A stretch of DNA of 64,000 nucleotides from Callorhinchus milii (Eukaryota): assembly GCF_018977255.1 (NCBI RefSeq), contig NW_024704742.1, forward strand, positions 50,408,001-50,472,000, in the 5' to 3' direction. Made by a program: the position numbers and the translations under genes. This document shows positions 14,181 to 28,190 of the stretch, in pieces. The number at the start of each line of letters is the position of its first letter. Positions within the stretch are counted from its first letter, which is position 1. The notes under the pieces were generated by a model. It was not told the origin of the DNA, did no database searches, and saw only the letters and a program-made list of their open reading frames with translations.

Positions 14181-14650
14181 TAACAACAACAATTTGCATT
14201 GATATTGCACCCTTGGAGCGCTTAACAGTGGCAAAGCTTGATCCCAAGCCAGGGAGAGGGGAAAGGTGACCATTGGCACGGTCGAAGGGGAAGTTTGAAG
14301 ATTTGCAATCTGAAGGTGGCAAAAGGGGGCAAAGCGGAGGGAGTGAGACAGAGAGTTCCAGAGCTTTGTGGCGTAATAGATGAAAGTACAGCCGTCAACG
14401 GTGGAGCAAAGAGGATGAGGGATGTGCAGAAGGCCTGAACCAGCTGAGTGAAGGAGGCAGGTAGAGAAGTGGGATGTGAGCAGGTTGGAGAGGTAGGGAG
14501 GTGCTAAGGCATGAAGTGACTTGTAAATGAAAAGCAAGGATTTTGAAATCGATCAGTTCTGCAAAAGAGAGCAAGTGGAGCCCGGCAATGGGGGTGATGG
14601 AGGTGTGCAGTTTCATATGGGTGAGGATATGGGCAGCAGAGGCTTGAATT
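14181..14650 (-). mobile_element. Degenerate L2 3' fragment
   Basis: YKSLHALAPPYLSNLL...KLWNSL (14037..14537) and a TTG tail. Confidence 0.8.
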
Positions 14651-15198
14651 GATTGGATTGGATTTCTGAATGGTGTAGCTGGTAAGAACTATGTAACAAA
14701 GAGTAGCTTCCCATGTCTGAAAAACAGAGTGATCCATCCTCCCCAGGAAATAGCATTGCTAAGTTCATGTCCAGGAAATAGTATTATCTTAGCTGTTGGG
14801 AAAGATGTGCCTCTCCATTCAGGATTCGTGCAAAATGCAATATTTCACCATTGATATGGAATTTGATTTCACTTATAGGATGAGAAAATAATAGGGTATA
14901 AAATACAAGATTGATTAATAACCCCTAGGCTAACCATATTCAAAAGCAGACAGGTGCCTTATTTGAGTAATTACTTACCAATGAAAAGGATTACAGATAA
15001 TTCTTTAATCTTTTCCATTAACACGTATACAATTAAGAAAACTTTGAGACGTCCTCCCATTGTGAAAGGCCCTATATAAATGTAAATGTAGCTGTCATAT
15101 TTGCCTTGGTAACAACAATCACTTTGTTTCTAATCAATTTTATTTTGTAAAATACATTGAGAGTTTAGTTTTTACATGAAAGGTGCTAAATAGGGCTC

Positions 15199-15990
15199 AT
15201 TTATAGAACGCCTTTCACGTCGGGAGGACATCCCAAGGCGCTGGACAGTTGGGTCGGGACCCGAGAAGGGGGGAAATGGTCAGGGTGAGGGGAGGGAAGG
15301 GAGGGAGCGAGGAGGTGGTAGAGTATCGAGAGGGGAGCTGAAGGCACGGTCGAAGAGAAAGGTCTTGAGACCGGCCTTGAAGGAGGAAAGGGAGGAGGCG
15401 GCGAAGGCACTGGGGGATAGAGTTCCAAAGCCTCGGGGCTGAGAGGCTGAAGGCCCGGCCACCGATGGTAGGGCGATTGGGGCGGGGGATGTGGAGCAGA
15501 CCGGAGCCAGAGGAAAGGAGGGTACGGGCAGGTAAGTAGGGGGATAGTAGGTTGGAGAGGTTGGAGGGAGCGAGGCCGTGAATGGCCTTGTAGGTGAGGA
15601 TGAGGATCTTGAATTCGATCCTCTGGGGGATGGGGAGCCAGTGGAGGTGAGCGAGGGTGGGAGTGATGTGGTCCCGAAGCCTGGTGCGGGACAGTACACG
15701 AGCTGCAGAGTTCTGAATGACCTGCAGCTTGTGGAGGGAGGTGCCGGGAAGGCCGGCGAGGAGAGAGTTCCCATAGTCCAGCCTTGAGGTGATAAAGGCG
15801 TGGACCAGAGTTTCAGCAGCGTGAGGGGTGAGGTAGTGCCGTAGTCTGGCGATGTTTCGGAGGCGCTGGAAGGCGGTGCCAGTTGTGGTGCGGATATGAG
15901 GAAGAAAGGACAGCTCAGGGTCGAACAGAACACTGAGGTTCCTGACGGCTTTGAGAGGTTGAGAGTGCAGCCTTGGATGCTGATGCTGTC
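15199..15990 (-). mobile_element. Young L2 3' fragment
   Basis: Nearly identical to 24670-25460. Confidence 0.92.
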
Positions 15991-16689
15991 TTATGACTCA
16001 ACCTTATGAGTCTATGAATTTAAAGACCTTACGTGGGGTGTATACCTTTCCAAGTTTTCCATCGTTTTGTTTTGCTCACGGATTTTAAATCGTGAGCTTA
16101 AAATGTTTGTCATGATGCTGGAGCATGTTATGTGATTAACAGGACAGCAATTCATACCAGTGACTCCCCACAAGTTGAGTTCACACTCTTGCCAATAGCA
16201 TCGACAGAAGATGTGTAAAGGAGAAACGCTTCACTGAAACGAAAATTTGAAGGGCAAACAATTCTGTGATTCTTATGCACCTCCAAAGGATCCGTTCAAG
16301 AACTGCAGTACTGTATTTTATGGCGGTGTTTATTTTTGGTGAATTTATGGGCTCACCGAGGCACCGGATGTTAGACATGTGGAAAGCTGGACGCAATTGC
16401 TTTGAGTTCATTTTTTCAACTCTGGTACTTGAGCTGTAAGGATTCTAAGTAAAATGAGGTTGGCAGTTTCAATCCATTTCCTACTGAGGTTGAGTCTGCA
16501 GAACAAAATTACCCAGTGTTCAACACCCAATCGACACTAAATTACCAGTGATAATTGACACTAAATTATCGAGAGATAAAAGCAACATTAACAAAGACCC
16601 GGGAGCAGCTGCTTCTTGTTTTCGTTCTCAGCATTTGTTTACTGCAAGACGTCACAGGATCATAATATTCTCTCAATTCTACCTTAAAT

Positions 16690-17855
16690 GGTCTTTCAGG
16701 CAGTTGGTCAGGACGCCAGTAGTCCTGGAGTTCAGGGTGGAGGCAGAGAGATAAGAATTGGGTGTCATCCACATACATGTGGAAATTTACCTCATGTCTG
16801 CGGATGATGTCACCAAGGGGGAGCATGTAGACGGTGAAGAGGAGGGGACCGAGGACAGAGCCCTGAGGGACGCCGCACGAGACGGTGCGGGGGCTGGAGG
16901 AAAAGCCGTTTGCTGAGACGAAGTGGAGGCGGTGTGAAAGGTACGACCTGAACCAGTCAAGGACAGAACCTTGAAGGTTGAGGTGGGAGGAGAGGCGGTG
17001 GAGGAGGATTGAATGGTCCACAGTGTCAAAAGCGGCAGAGAGGTCGAGGAGGACGAGGAGGCAGAGGGAGCCCTGGTCACACATGGTCAGGATGTCATTT
17101 GTGACCTCAACCAGAGCAGTTTCTGTGCTGTGGGCAGCACGGAAACCCAATTCGAGGGGCTCATGGAGGGAGTAGGAGGAGACGAAAAAGTGAAGCTGGG
17201 AGGCAATGGCTCTCTCAAGGAACTTGGACAGAAAGGGGAGGTGGGAGATGGGATGGTAGCTGGATAGATGTGATGGGTCAAGGGAAGGTTTCTTCAAAGT
17301 GTGGGCGATAGTGGCTGTTTTATGGGGGTAGGAACAGTGCCAGATGACAGGGAGAGGTTGATGATGTCAGCGAGTAGTGAGGCAAAGAGATGGAGCTGGG
17401 ATTTAAGGAGAAGGGTGGAGATGGGGTCCAGGGAGCAGGTGGTGAGCTTCATGGAGGATATGGTGGTGATGATAGAGGAAGGGGTGACAGGTTCAAAGGT
17501 GTAGAAGGAGGGATGGGTAGTGGTCGGAGTGTGGGGTTGGGGTAGGAAGGGGGTGGAAGTTGGGAGGGCAGTGGCAGCTGAGTGGATTCCATTGATTTTG
17601 GACTCGAGGATGTCCAGCATTTCCTCACAGTGGGATTCGGAGGAAAGAATCTGTGAGGCATGGTGGGGAGGGCAGAGGAGCCGGTGGTGGTGGAGAACAG
17701 GAGCCTGGGGTTGTACTTCGCCTCCAGGATTAACCTGGAGTAGAAGGATGATTTGGCCGAGGCAAGAGTGGAGCGGAAGGTTTTGATGTGGTTGAGCCAG
17801 ATGTGCCGGTGGACCATTAGGCCATATTTGAGCCAAGTGCATTCGGCAGCCCATT
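16690..17855 (-). mobile_element. Internal L2 ORF2 fragment (RT domain), truncated at both ends
   Basis: GFRAAHSTETAL, LDLSAAFDTVDH, GVPQGSVLGP and YVDD in 16566..17297. Confidence 0.92.
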
Positions 17856-17992
17856 TAAAAGTTCCTTAAACTATCAAATGTAATTCACTGTGAGTTTCTG
17901 TCCAAAGAATATGGCTATAGGTTAGTTTGTTATACGTTCTGTGAAGCTCCATGACCCTATTACCCCCATCCTGTAGGATGCATTACCCCCAT

Positions 17993-18312
17993 CTTGTAGG
18001 AGTCCTGTAGCTCAGTGGTTAGAGCACTCTCCTCGCGAGCGAGAGACCTGAGTTCAATTCCCGGCAGGGCAAAACCTTGAGCAAGTTTCCTTACTCCACA
18101 TGCCTGATAATAATCCCTGAAGAGGAAAAAAACAATAATAATTTGGTCACTCAATCCACCACTGTTTGTGGGACACTGCTGTGCGCAATTGGCTGCCACA
18201 TTTACCCACATAATATATAGTCAATTCACTTTACAGTATATTCTGTGAAGCGCTTTGAGACGTCTAGAAGACGTGAAAAGCGCTATATCAAATGCAACGA
18301 TTATTATTATTA
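17993..18312 (+). mobile_element. Full-length tRNA(Ala)-derived SINE
   Basis: A box TAGCTCAGTGG, B box GAGTTCAATTCC, stem-loop AGCGCTTT...AAAGCGCT and a (TTA)n tail. Confidence 0.92.
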
Positions 18313-18700
18313 TCCTCGCCTGGCTTCACTGGCTCCCCATCTCTCAGTACCACTGTGACCTGCTAACTCCATACAGATCTGTCCGCTCCATCTGCTCTGG
18401 CTTGCTGCATGTCCCCGGCCCCACTATCGGCATTTGGGTCTTTAGCCTCTCTGCCCCCACCCTCTAGAACTCCATCCCAGAATTCTCTTCACCTCACCCT
18501 CTCCCTTACCTCTTTCAAGACATGTCTCAAAACCCTCCTCTTCGATCGCACCTTCAGTCACCCTCCTACCCCTACCCTCCCTGTCCTCTACCATTCCTGA
18601 TTCCAACCCCCTGCTTGGGTCCAAATCCTTTACTGTCCAGCGCCTTGGGACATCCTCCCGACATGAAAGGCTCTATATAAATATAATTTGTTGCTGTTGT
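18313..18700 (+). mobile_element. L2 3' fragment abutting the SINE tail
   Basis: LAWLHWLPI, FKTCLKTLLFDRTF and the L2 tail. Confidence 0.85.
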
Positions 18701-20069
18701 TCGCCTACAGAAATACAAAATCACTACACTTTATAGTGAATCCTGTGAAGCACTATCCTCCGATGTGAAAAGCACTATAACAAATGCAAGGATTATTATT
18801 GTTACTGTTATTATAGCACTCTGTAGGAAAGTGTGACATTTTTAACAAAACTTTTGTGCAGCACTGCTATAAAACAGAGTCAAAGTTTGAGGCTGAGCAA
18901 AATACAGGCTAAATACAGCTGTCACTCCAGATATTCCCCATAGAATAAAATCAGAACATAACTGTGCAGAGCAGCACATTAAATCTTGTTCCTCTCAAAG
19001 CACCTTTGTTCAGTGGGTCTTTGACCCCCTCATATGGTATTTTGATTTCAGGCAAAAAAAACAGTTGGTTCTAGGAGAAAATTGCAACAACCATTGAATA
19101 ACTAAAACCTTTTAGACAATCCCAATTTCAGATTCTTCTTAAACACTGAATATTTCTGTTGTAGAAGCATAGAGCATAAATAATTTTAAGAGGGAATTAG
19201 ATAGATGCCTGAAAAAGAAGCATATTAAAACTTTATGGGCAGCAAGGAGGAGAGCAGGATAAGACTAAGAGGCTTGTGTGGGAAAAAAGCACCAGAAAAG
19301 CACTTGATCAGCAAAATGGTCTATTTCAGTGCTATAGCATTATCTGCTTCTATGACTACCTTAGAGCATTTTACAGTATTGTTACATAAGATTATGCTTG
19401 TTCAGTTTTCAGGTACGAAAGCTTTTAGATTTTCAAGCCCCGTCCTTGACTCTCAGTCGCCATCACCTCAATGCTCCTGCCCAAGGGGTTGTCAAGACTG
19501 ACAAGGTTGACATGATGTGGAACAAACAAAAAAGCATTTTATTCTTCTTTTGTTTTCTTGGTGAATTTAGTACACAGCAAGGTGAAGGATGTTTGTGGTA
19601 GAAAATGGAACAGGGTGCCTAAAATAGGAAAGTGTATCAACAATGTCAAGCACTCCCAGGTGATGAATAGCACATTCAGATCCAGAGCAAAACCTACGCA
19701 AACGATGTGCCCCAACCTCAAGCTCACAAGGGCTCCTTCAGTTCAACATTTCCCTTTTCCACATCAACAATCCTATGGCTTCTCTAGGAATAGAAATTGG
19801 CCATTTAGCCGATCAAGCCTGTTCCTACATGATATTAGGCCACAACAGCATTCTATTTTTAAACCCATTTTGCCTACAAAATAATAATTAAAAACAATTA
19901 TCCATGCATTTGATATAGCGCCTTATTATGTCTTCGAGACGTCTCAAAGGGCTTCACAGAATATACTGTAAAGTGTTCCACAAACAGTCATGGATTAAAT
20001 GATTATTATATTATTTTTTTTAAATGTTAACAGAAAATGCACAGTCAATGCACTTGACATTTACATTGT

Positions 20070-20505
20070 ACCAGTCTGGCTTAGTTAGCAGCACACTCAT
20101 CTCTGAATATGAAGGTTGAGGGTTCAAACCCAACTTCACAACTTTGACATATAGTCTAGGTTGGCACTCCATTGCAGTGATGGTGGTGCACTGCATTGGC
20201 AGAGATGCCATTCTTCAGGTGAGACACTAAACCAAGGACCTATCTGCTTGTTTAGGTGGTTGTTAAAGATTCCATGGCACTGTTCAAAAAAAGAGTTTTT
20301 CCCAAGTCCCAGCCGACAAAATACTGGAAAAAACTCATCATTCACTTCATGGCTGGTTATGGGACATTGCTGTGTGCTCATTAACTGTTGCATTCACTAA
20401 TAAAATACACAGGTAATAAACTTTACAGTAAATGCTGTGACACACTTTTAAATGTCTCCACGACATGATAAGAGGCTATATCAAATGTAGGGATTATTAT
20501 TATTG
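20070..20505 (+). mobile_element. Older Deu-domain SINE (SacSINE1/AmnSINE1-like)
   Basis: Contains gagacactaaaccaagg...ggtggttgttaaagattccatggcactgttc, resembling the Deu core as I recall it, with a tRNA-like head and L2-type tail. Other copies near 29865-30260(-), 48630-48940(-) and 49085-49421(-). Confidence 0.78.
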
Positions 20506-20693
20506 TTAGATTAATCCTGCGAAGTACTTTGAGACGTCCTCCTAACATGAAAGGCGCTATATCAAATGCAAGGATTATTATTATTATTTTACAATAAATA
20601 ATAATAATAATCCTTGCATTTGATTTATCGCTTTATCACATCTTTGAGACGTCTCAAAGCGCTTCACAGAATATATTGTAAAGTGAATTGACT

Positions 20694-21000
20694 TGGCTCT
20701 GGAACTCCATCCCCCAGTGCCTTCGCCTTGCTTCCTCCCTTTCCTCCTTCAAGGCCGGTCTCAAAACCTTTCTCTTTGACCGTGCCTTCAGCTCCCCTCT
20801 CGACTCTCTTCCTCCTCCTCGCTCCCTCCCTTCCCTCCCCTCACCCTGATCATTTCCCCCCTCCTCTCTCCCTCCCTTCCCTCCCCTCACCCTGACCATT
20901 TCCCCCCTGCTCGGGTCATGACCCAACTGTGCAGCGCCTTGGGACGTCCTCCTGACGTGAAAGGCGCTCTATAAATGGAATCTTGTTGTTGTTGTTGTTG
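20694..21000 (+). mobile_element. Young L2 3' end inserted into a SINE remnant
   Basis: Flanked by TTGACT at 20688-20693 and 21001-21006; ends in (TTG)n. Confidence 0.88.
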
Positions 21001-24000
21001 TTGACTGTGCATTTTATGGGCTATTTTGAGCTGTTTCGTCATATTACAAGAATCTATCTATTTTCCCTTTTAAATCCTTCAATTGATCCTGCATTTATGG
21101 CCCTCTGGGGCAGTGCATTTCTTAGTCTGTGAAGAAACAACATGCTATTGGAATTTATGGTTCTAATTTCTTCAGCAAGGTTACCAGTTGATACCAAATT
21201 AAGGTCAGTTTTGTGCTGTGCACCTACACTCACAAAGAACTAAATTGAAGCTACACAAACTCACTTCACATAGGAAGCTTGCAGTCAGTAAACCAAAGAG
21301 GCTTTCATCACATTGCTACCAGCAGAATTAACAGGACTTAACATTATTGTATAATAATAAAACTATTCAATGACCAACACCATTCCTGTAATATCAAGCC
21401 TATATTGTAAACATAAAATGCACTAAACATTCAGGAGGAATTATTTTCCTAAAGACTAGAAATGCACCCTACCCATTGAAACAAGGTCCTTGCTCCCACT
21501 CCATCTGTCTTTAAAAGCCTACTGAATATCTACCTCCTGTAGCATTTCTATGGTCGCCTCCCTCTTCCCCGTTCCCCTACCCACCATGCCCAGTGCCTGA
21601 CACTATCTTTGTAAAGTGCTTCAAGGTGTTACCTTATGTAAAAGGCATTTGACATAGAGGCTTCTTAGCACATCATTGAGATGTTTGAAAGCTCTTCACA
21701 GGATATACCACCAAATGATTTGACTTGTGTATTTGGGGGTTTGTGTACAGCAGTGTCCCACAAACAGTCATGGAGTGAGTGTCCAATTTTATTTGGAGCA
21801 TTTGTTGGCCAGGACACCTATATAAATGCAAATGGATACAAATGTTTTGTACACGTGTATAGGTATTCTCCATGGGTCTTTTATTAGTTACATTTCCAAA
21901 AGACACTGAAGAGTTGTTCTAGGCTGAGTGGAGTGTTTTCAGTGGAAGCTCAATACCTGGAACATGTTCTAAATGTTCGGCAGCTGACAAAATATCTGTT
22001 GCAGCAAAATATTTTTTTCAGTCTTCTTCTCATTTGTAAGTAGGCTAAAGAATCTTGTTAACATGATGTTGCTGTCATTTAAAGCATTCAGGTGGAATTA
22101 TATTCTGAAGACCTGAATGATTTCCAAATTGCGATTGGTATGAATTATCCATGCAGTGAGAGTATAAAGCGGAAAGCATGAAGTACTTTTACTGGGAAAG
22201 TCCCTCAAATCGCAGTTGATTGTCACAAAGCCTCTATTTATGTGAACATGTGAACTCCGTATCGAACAAATTCTTTTGGTGCAATAGTTCACTGAAAATT
22301 AATTTTCCAGGCTTAAATTCTATCTCCGGCCAGCAGATCTCATTCATTGAAGTAAACTGACAATCTTAAACAATCCAAAAAATATATCAACAAATTAATT
22401 TATATAGTGCCTTTCAGGTTGGAAGGATGTTTCAAAGTGCTGGGCACTTAAGGATTTGCACCCGAGCTGGGGGTTGGAATCAAGAGAGTAAGGGGAGTGT
22501 GGCCGAAGGCACAGTCAAAGAGGAAAGTTTTGAGATTGCAACTGCTTGAGTTTTTAGTGAATCATCTTCCATATGATTTTAGCTTTAACAGCATTGTTTA
22601 ATAACAGGATTGAGCAGAATTTTGGAAAATTCGTAAAATTAAATTTAATTGAGAATTATATCTTCCACAGTTCTTTTTAAGAAATGCACAAAACTAATAC
22701 CCAGATTAATATTGAATTTACAAGTCTTCCAAATTTCTGCAGTCTTACATTTCTAGCCCCAAGGCTAAGATAATGAGAAATTTGGAGTCTGTAATCTTTT
22801 AGATGTGTTTATCATAAATTATATGGTCTGTATCCTTGTGATTGATCTTCATCATTCCATCATTACTTACATGGCAATTTATAATTGTTTTATATTGAAG
22901 CCTATTAGAATTGACCTACATTTTTTAAACAATTATAATATTTATAGTGTGTTCATGTATAACTTCAATTGCCTCTTTGTCTCTTCACTTTGTTTCCATG
23001 CCACACCTCTCTATGTAACTCTAGGTACATGCTCCTCTTATTTTTGCTTCCTATATGTAGTTCCTTCCTAGGGTTAGGGAAGGTAACTACAGCAAGGGTT
23101 TTGCTCCTGATCCCTCTATAGTTCCCTGTTCTGGAAGTCTATATGTGTGGCTGGATGATGAAGGTTTGGCTTAGCTGTGATGCCACGAGAGTCAAGTGGC
23201 CGCTGAAACTGACTGCCGAGGCTCACACATGACTCAGGCAGGGTACCAGAGGGTAACCAATGCTCATGGAATTGTATCCCAATAAGCAGCAACCGAGGAA
23301 GGAAAGCACACACAACGATCAAAACACACACACACGGTGCTTTTCTTCTTACCATTTTACCAACAAATGCATAAAAAGGTCAAAATACACTTGCATAAGT
23401 CATGCGAATATGAGTATTGAGATCACACACCCAACGACAGTGTCTATTACTCATTTTTTATTTACTAATCAAAAATGCAATTTCGCCACATTTGGGTTCC
23501 CAATTCACCACATGGCTAGTGGCTAATGTATGGACAATTCTGCCCTGGAGTACCGAGGAGTCATGGGAGAGGAAGCCAGGTCAGTTCACAGCCCTGAGTT
23601 TATATTGTGGTGGTGGGGGGAATCCAATGCTCACAGCAAATCATGTCAAGCAGGGCTCCAGTATGATTCACATCTATGATTATATGCCATGTTTAAAGGT
23701 AAATTCCCACTCAAATTATGACCATTCACCACCGACCATTCATTGTAGATGTATTGTTTGAGTGAGTTAACACATACACTGGTTTGGAGCAGGAAATGTG
23801 AATCTGGTTTCTTACATCAAATTATTCTACTATTGGAAGCAACGTCTCATAGCTTTCAAAGCAAAAAATGAACCATAAGAGTATTGAAAGGTACAGCCCT
23901 TCAAAGGTTCAGCGCATACCTTAGAGGAGACTTTTGCACTAGCCGAAGGCACTAGTGAATAGAAGATGCACATTTTAATGCACTAACTAATACTTAGGTT

Positions 24001-24646
24001 ACTTGTGTAACTTCAACTACTCAACAATGAAACTCTAGAGCTCACAGTTCTTTATTTTGTAAAATCACCTTAGAATCAGTAGAAATCAGAGCACAACTGG
24101 TTTGGTCTGGGCAGAATTACATTATTCTATTACACAGTAAAACAGCACGCTTGGTTAGATTCACGTACCCATCAATTAACCCACCAGCAGGTACACAATG
24201 CCCTCATTATAACACAGTCCTCAGAGCCAAGGTTGTGCTTATTATAATGAAGTAGAAACCGCATTGTGTTGCATAACACAGCAAAAAAAAATACATTAAA
24301 GCTTTCAAAACCAAGATCCATGAGTCTTATAGCCATTACTTTCTTCCAACATGCAATGGGCAAATACGTCTCATGGGTGCACAGATTTCGGGTATTCTGG
24401 TTGTTCTAGCACTGGTATTATTATGTATACATTTGCATGGCATATTTTTTGTCCTATGTATAAATGAGTGTGTTGTAAAGTATTGGGAGGGATATATTTG
24501 TGCCTCTTCAATGCATTGTTTAAGGATATAAGTAGCCTGTTTTAACATCTCATGCAGCTTAATGTCCATGTTAGTGGTTTTAAGGGTATGCAGAGTGTTA
24601 ATAGTACTACCTCAGTACTGAGCGACTAAACATGCATTGAGTGTGT

Positions 24647-27470
24647 ACAACAACAACAACAGGATTGCATTTATAGAGCGCCGTTCACGTCGGGAGCATG
24701 TTCCAAGGCGCTGGACAGTTGGGTCGGGACCCGAGCAGGGGGGAAATGGTCAGGGTGAGGGGAGGGAAAGAAGGGAGCGATGAGGGGGTAGAAAGTCGAG
24801 AAGGAAGCTGAAGGCACGGTTGAAGAGAAAGGTCTTCAGACCGGCCTTGAAGGAGGAAAGGGAGGAGGCGGTGAAGGCACTGGGGGATGGAGTTCCAGAG
24901 CCTCGGGGCTGAGAGGCTGAAGGCCCGGCCACCGATGGTAGGGCGGTTGGGGCGGGGGATGTGGAGCAGACCGGAGCCAGAGGAACGGAGGGTACGGGCA
25001 GGTAGGTAGGGGGATAGTAGGTCGGAGAGGTAGGAGGGAGCGAGGCCGTGAATGGTCTTGTAGGTGAGGATGAGGATCTTCAATTCGATCCTCTGGGGGA
25101 TGGGGAGCCAGTGGAGGTGAGCGAGGGTGGGAGTGATGTGATCGCGAAGCCTGGTGCGGGACAGTACATGAGCTGCAGAGTTCTGAATGACCTGCAGCTT
25201 GTGGAGGGAGGTGCCGGGAAGGCCGACGAGGAGAGAGTTCCCGTAGTCCAGCCTTGAGGTGATAAAGGCGTGGACCAGAGTTTCAGCAGCGTGAGGGGTG
25301 AGGTAGTGCCGTAGTCTGGCGATGTTCCGGAGGTGATGGAAGGCGGTGCCAGTTGTGGAGCGGATGTGGGGAAGAAAGGACAACTCAGGGTCGAATAGAA
25401 CACCGAGGTTCCTGACGGCTTTGAGAGGTGGAGAGTGCAGCCTTGGATGCTGATGCTGTCAGCGCCTGAGGTGCGGAGGCGCTGACGTGAGCCAATCAGG
25501 AGGGCCTCAGTTTTGTGCACGTTGAGCTGAAGAAAGTTGTCTCTCGTCCAGGACTCGATGTCGGACAGGCAGGCTGTCAGGACATCGGTGGTCGTGGAGT
25601 TGAGGGTAGAAGAGGAAAGGTAGAGTTGGGTGTCATCCGCATACGTATGGAAGTTAACCCCATGTCTGCGGATGATTTCACGAAGGTGGAGCATATAGAG
25701 GGTGAAGAGGAGGGGACCGAGGACAGAAGCCTGAGGGACACCGCACGAGACAGTGCGGGGGCTGGAGGAAAAGCCATTTGCAGAGACAAAATGAAGACAG
25801 TGGGAGAGGTAGGACCTAAACCACTCAAGGACAGGGCCTTGAAGGTTGAGGTGGGAGGACAAGCGGTGGAGGAGGATAGAGTGGTCGACCGTATTGAATG
25901 CGGCCGATAGGCCGAGGAGGACGAGGAGGCAGAGGGAACCCTGGTCGCAGATGGTCAAGATGTCATTGGTGACCTTGACCAGGGCGGTTTCTGTGCCATG
26001 GGCAGCACGGAAACCCGACTGGAGGGGTTCAAAAAGTGAGTGGGTGGAGAGGAAAGAGCGCAGCTGAGAGGCGACGACTCTTTGAGAACCTTGGACAGGA
26101 AGGGGAGGTTGGAGATGGGCCGGTAGCTTGATAGCTGCGACGCATCAAGGGAGGGTTTTTTCAGTATGGGAGTGATGGTGGCAGTTTTGAGGGGAATGGG
26201 AACAGAGCCAGAGGAGAGGGACAGGTTAATGGTGTCTGTGAGAAGTGGGGCAAGGAGATGGAGCTGGGAAATAAGGAGTGGAGTGGGGATGGGGTCCAGG
26301 GAGCAGGTGGTGGGTTTCAAGGACAGGATGAGTTTGGTGACAGAGGGTGGGGAAATGGGTTTGAAGGTGTGTAGGGGAGGATGTGTAGGAATCAGAGTGT
26401 GGGAGGGAAGGGGTGGGTGGTGGGTGGAAGTTGGAGGGGCAGTGACCGCGGAGCAGATTCCCTTGATTTTGGATTCAAGGAAATCCAGCATCTCCTCGCA
26501 GTGAAGGTTGGAGGAGATGACCTGCGCGGGGTTGTGGGGGGGATGGAGGAGTCGGGATGTGGTAGAGAACAGAAGCCTCGGGTTGTTCTTCGCTTCTAGG
26601 ATTATTCTGGAGTAGAAGTTCGACTTGGCCGAGGCTAGAGTGGAGCGGTAGATTTTGAGGAGGTCCAGCCAGATTTGCCGGTGGACTGTTAGTCCAGATT
26701 TGAGGCAGGTGCGTTCAGCGGCCCACACCTGGCTCTTCAGTGAGCGGAGGTGGGTGGTGAACCAGGGGGAGGAGCGAGAGTAAGAGACAGTACGGGAGGT
26801 GATGGGGGCAAGAGTGTCGAGTGTGGAGGAGAGGGTGTTGTGGAGGAGGGTGAGAGCAGAAGAGGGGTCAGTGAGGGATGAAGGCCAGAGGGAGAGGAGT
26901 TCAGAGGACTCCAAGGCAGCGGTTAGGGATTGTGGGGGTAACTTCTTCCAGGGGCGGTAGAAGGTGGTGGTGGGTCTGGTGGAGGTAGGGAGGGGGGTGG
27001 ACGTGGTGAAGGAGATGAAGTGGTGATCGGAGACGGCCTTATCGGTAATGGTGACATCTGAGACACTGAGGCCCCGGGTGATCTCCAAATTGAGTGGGTG
27101 GCCGTGAATGTGAGTGGCGGAGTTGATGTGGAGGGAGAGGTTGAGCGAGGAGAGGAGGCAGGAGAGGTCCGAGGAGATGGAGCAGGAGGGGCTGAAGTGC
27201 AGGTTGAAGTCGCCCAGGATGATGAGGCGATCAGAGCAGAGGCAAAGAGATGTTAGGAGGGTAGAAATATCAGAGATGAAGGTGTGAGAGGTTTTAGGGG
27301 GCTGGTAGAGGAGGAGGATTTTCAGTGAGAGATGGGAGGGGTGGGAGAGGGTGAGGTGCTCAAAAGAGGAGAAAGAGCCAGAGGAGTAGGGGGATATGGC
27401 AAGTGGTGTCCTTGAGATAAGGGCTACACCACCGCCCCGGCGGTTGGGGCGAAGAATGTGGTGGGAGGGT
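24647..27470 (-). mobile_element. Longest L2 copy (about 2.8 kb), 5'-truncated within the endonuclease, frameshifted ORF2
   Basis: 25955..27574 has RRGGGVALI, ILGDFN, SDH and YRPISNLPFLSK; 25080..25958 has VPQASVLGP and YADD; 24685..25383 has the C-terminus. Frameshifts near 26080 and 25420; (TTG)n tail. Confidence 0.95.
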
Positions 27471-27519
27471 TCTGTGTTTGATGAACTGCAGGGGGCAGGG
27501 GAGGGGGAGATGGGGAGGG

Positions 27520-27995
27520 GGAGAAGCAGGGTTTCCTTGGAACTGAACTGGCTCCAAGGTGACATGATTGGCAATGGAGTTTCAGAGTTAAGTCAACCCA
27601 CTGTGGAGTTCTTGATCGTGCGGTTCCAGAGCCAAGCAGGTCCGCAATATTCCAGGGCACTGCTGATGACAGCACAGCCGGCCTGGCTCATTGGCAGGAC
27701 CTGGAAGGACAGACCAGTCACTGGGGGCGGGGACTCTTCCCACTCAGCTCCCGTTAACCCTGCAAGACAAAACCCTAATGGATAGAGTCATCCAAGTTGG
27801 ATAAGCAGCAAGAAAGTTTGCCAAACAGCACTTTCAATGGCAAGCTATGTCTTTTTAATTAGTTAGACTCCAACAAGGTCCCCAAGCCTTGGCACTTGCT
27901 AATCTGCACCAAATACTTACCAGAATTAGGTAAGAAGAATGCTTCACTCCAGGGAGACGGTGCATACTATTCCAATAAATTGTGTTGAAATCCAG
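27520..27995 (+). repeat. Family X copy
   Basis: Collinear with 56170-56735; contains ttccAATAAA near 27975. Confidence 0.8.
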
Positions 27996-28027
27996 GGAGG
28001 ATATTTACACCTGAAACTGTACTTCTT

Positions 28028-28190
28028 GCACTGTGTGACTGCAACTGTGTAACCTACAGGGTGTGACTGCCACTGTGTGATTTACACTGTGTGACTGTCA
28101 CTGTATATTACACTGTGTAACTTACAGTATGTGACTTACATTGTATGATTACACTGTGTGACTTATGCTGTGTGACTTACACTATATGGC
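28028..28190. repeat. Degenerate 13-14 bp minisatellite (ACTGTGTGACTTAC-like)
   Basis: About 12 imperfect tandem units. Confidence 0.8.

Noticed and set aside
15991..16690. Insertion splitting one L2 into 15199-15990 and 16690-17855
   Set aside because: The two pieces differ clearly in similarity to the 24647 copy, so they look like separate subfamilies, and no TSD is visible.
24685..27574. Active reverse transcriptase gene or retron/DGR-like system
   Set aside because: It is a standard L2 ORF2, 5'-truncated and frameshifted. The apparent N-terminus is read-through from flanking repeat sequence.
27655..27725. Hammerhead ribozyme in family X (CTGATGA motif)
   Set aside because: The downstream GAAA is present in only one copy and I could not build consistent stems.
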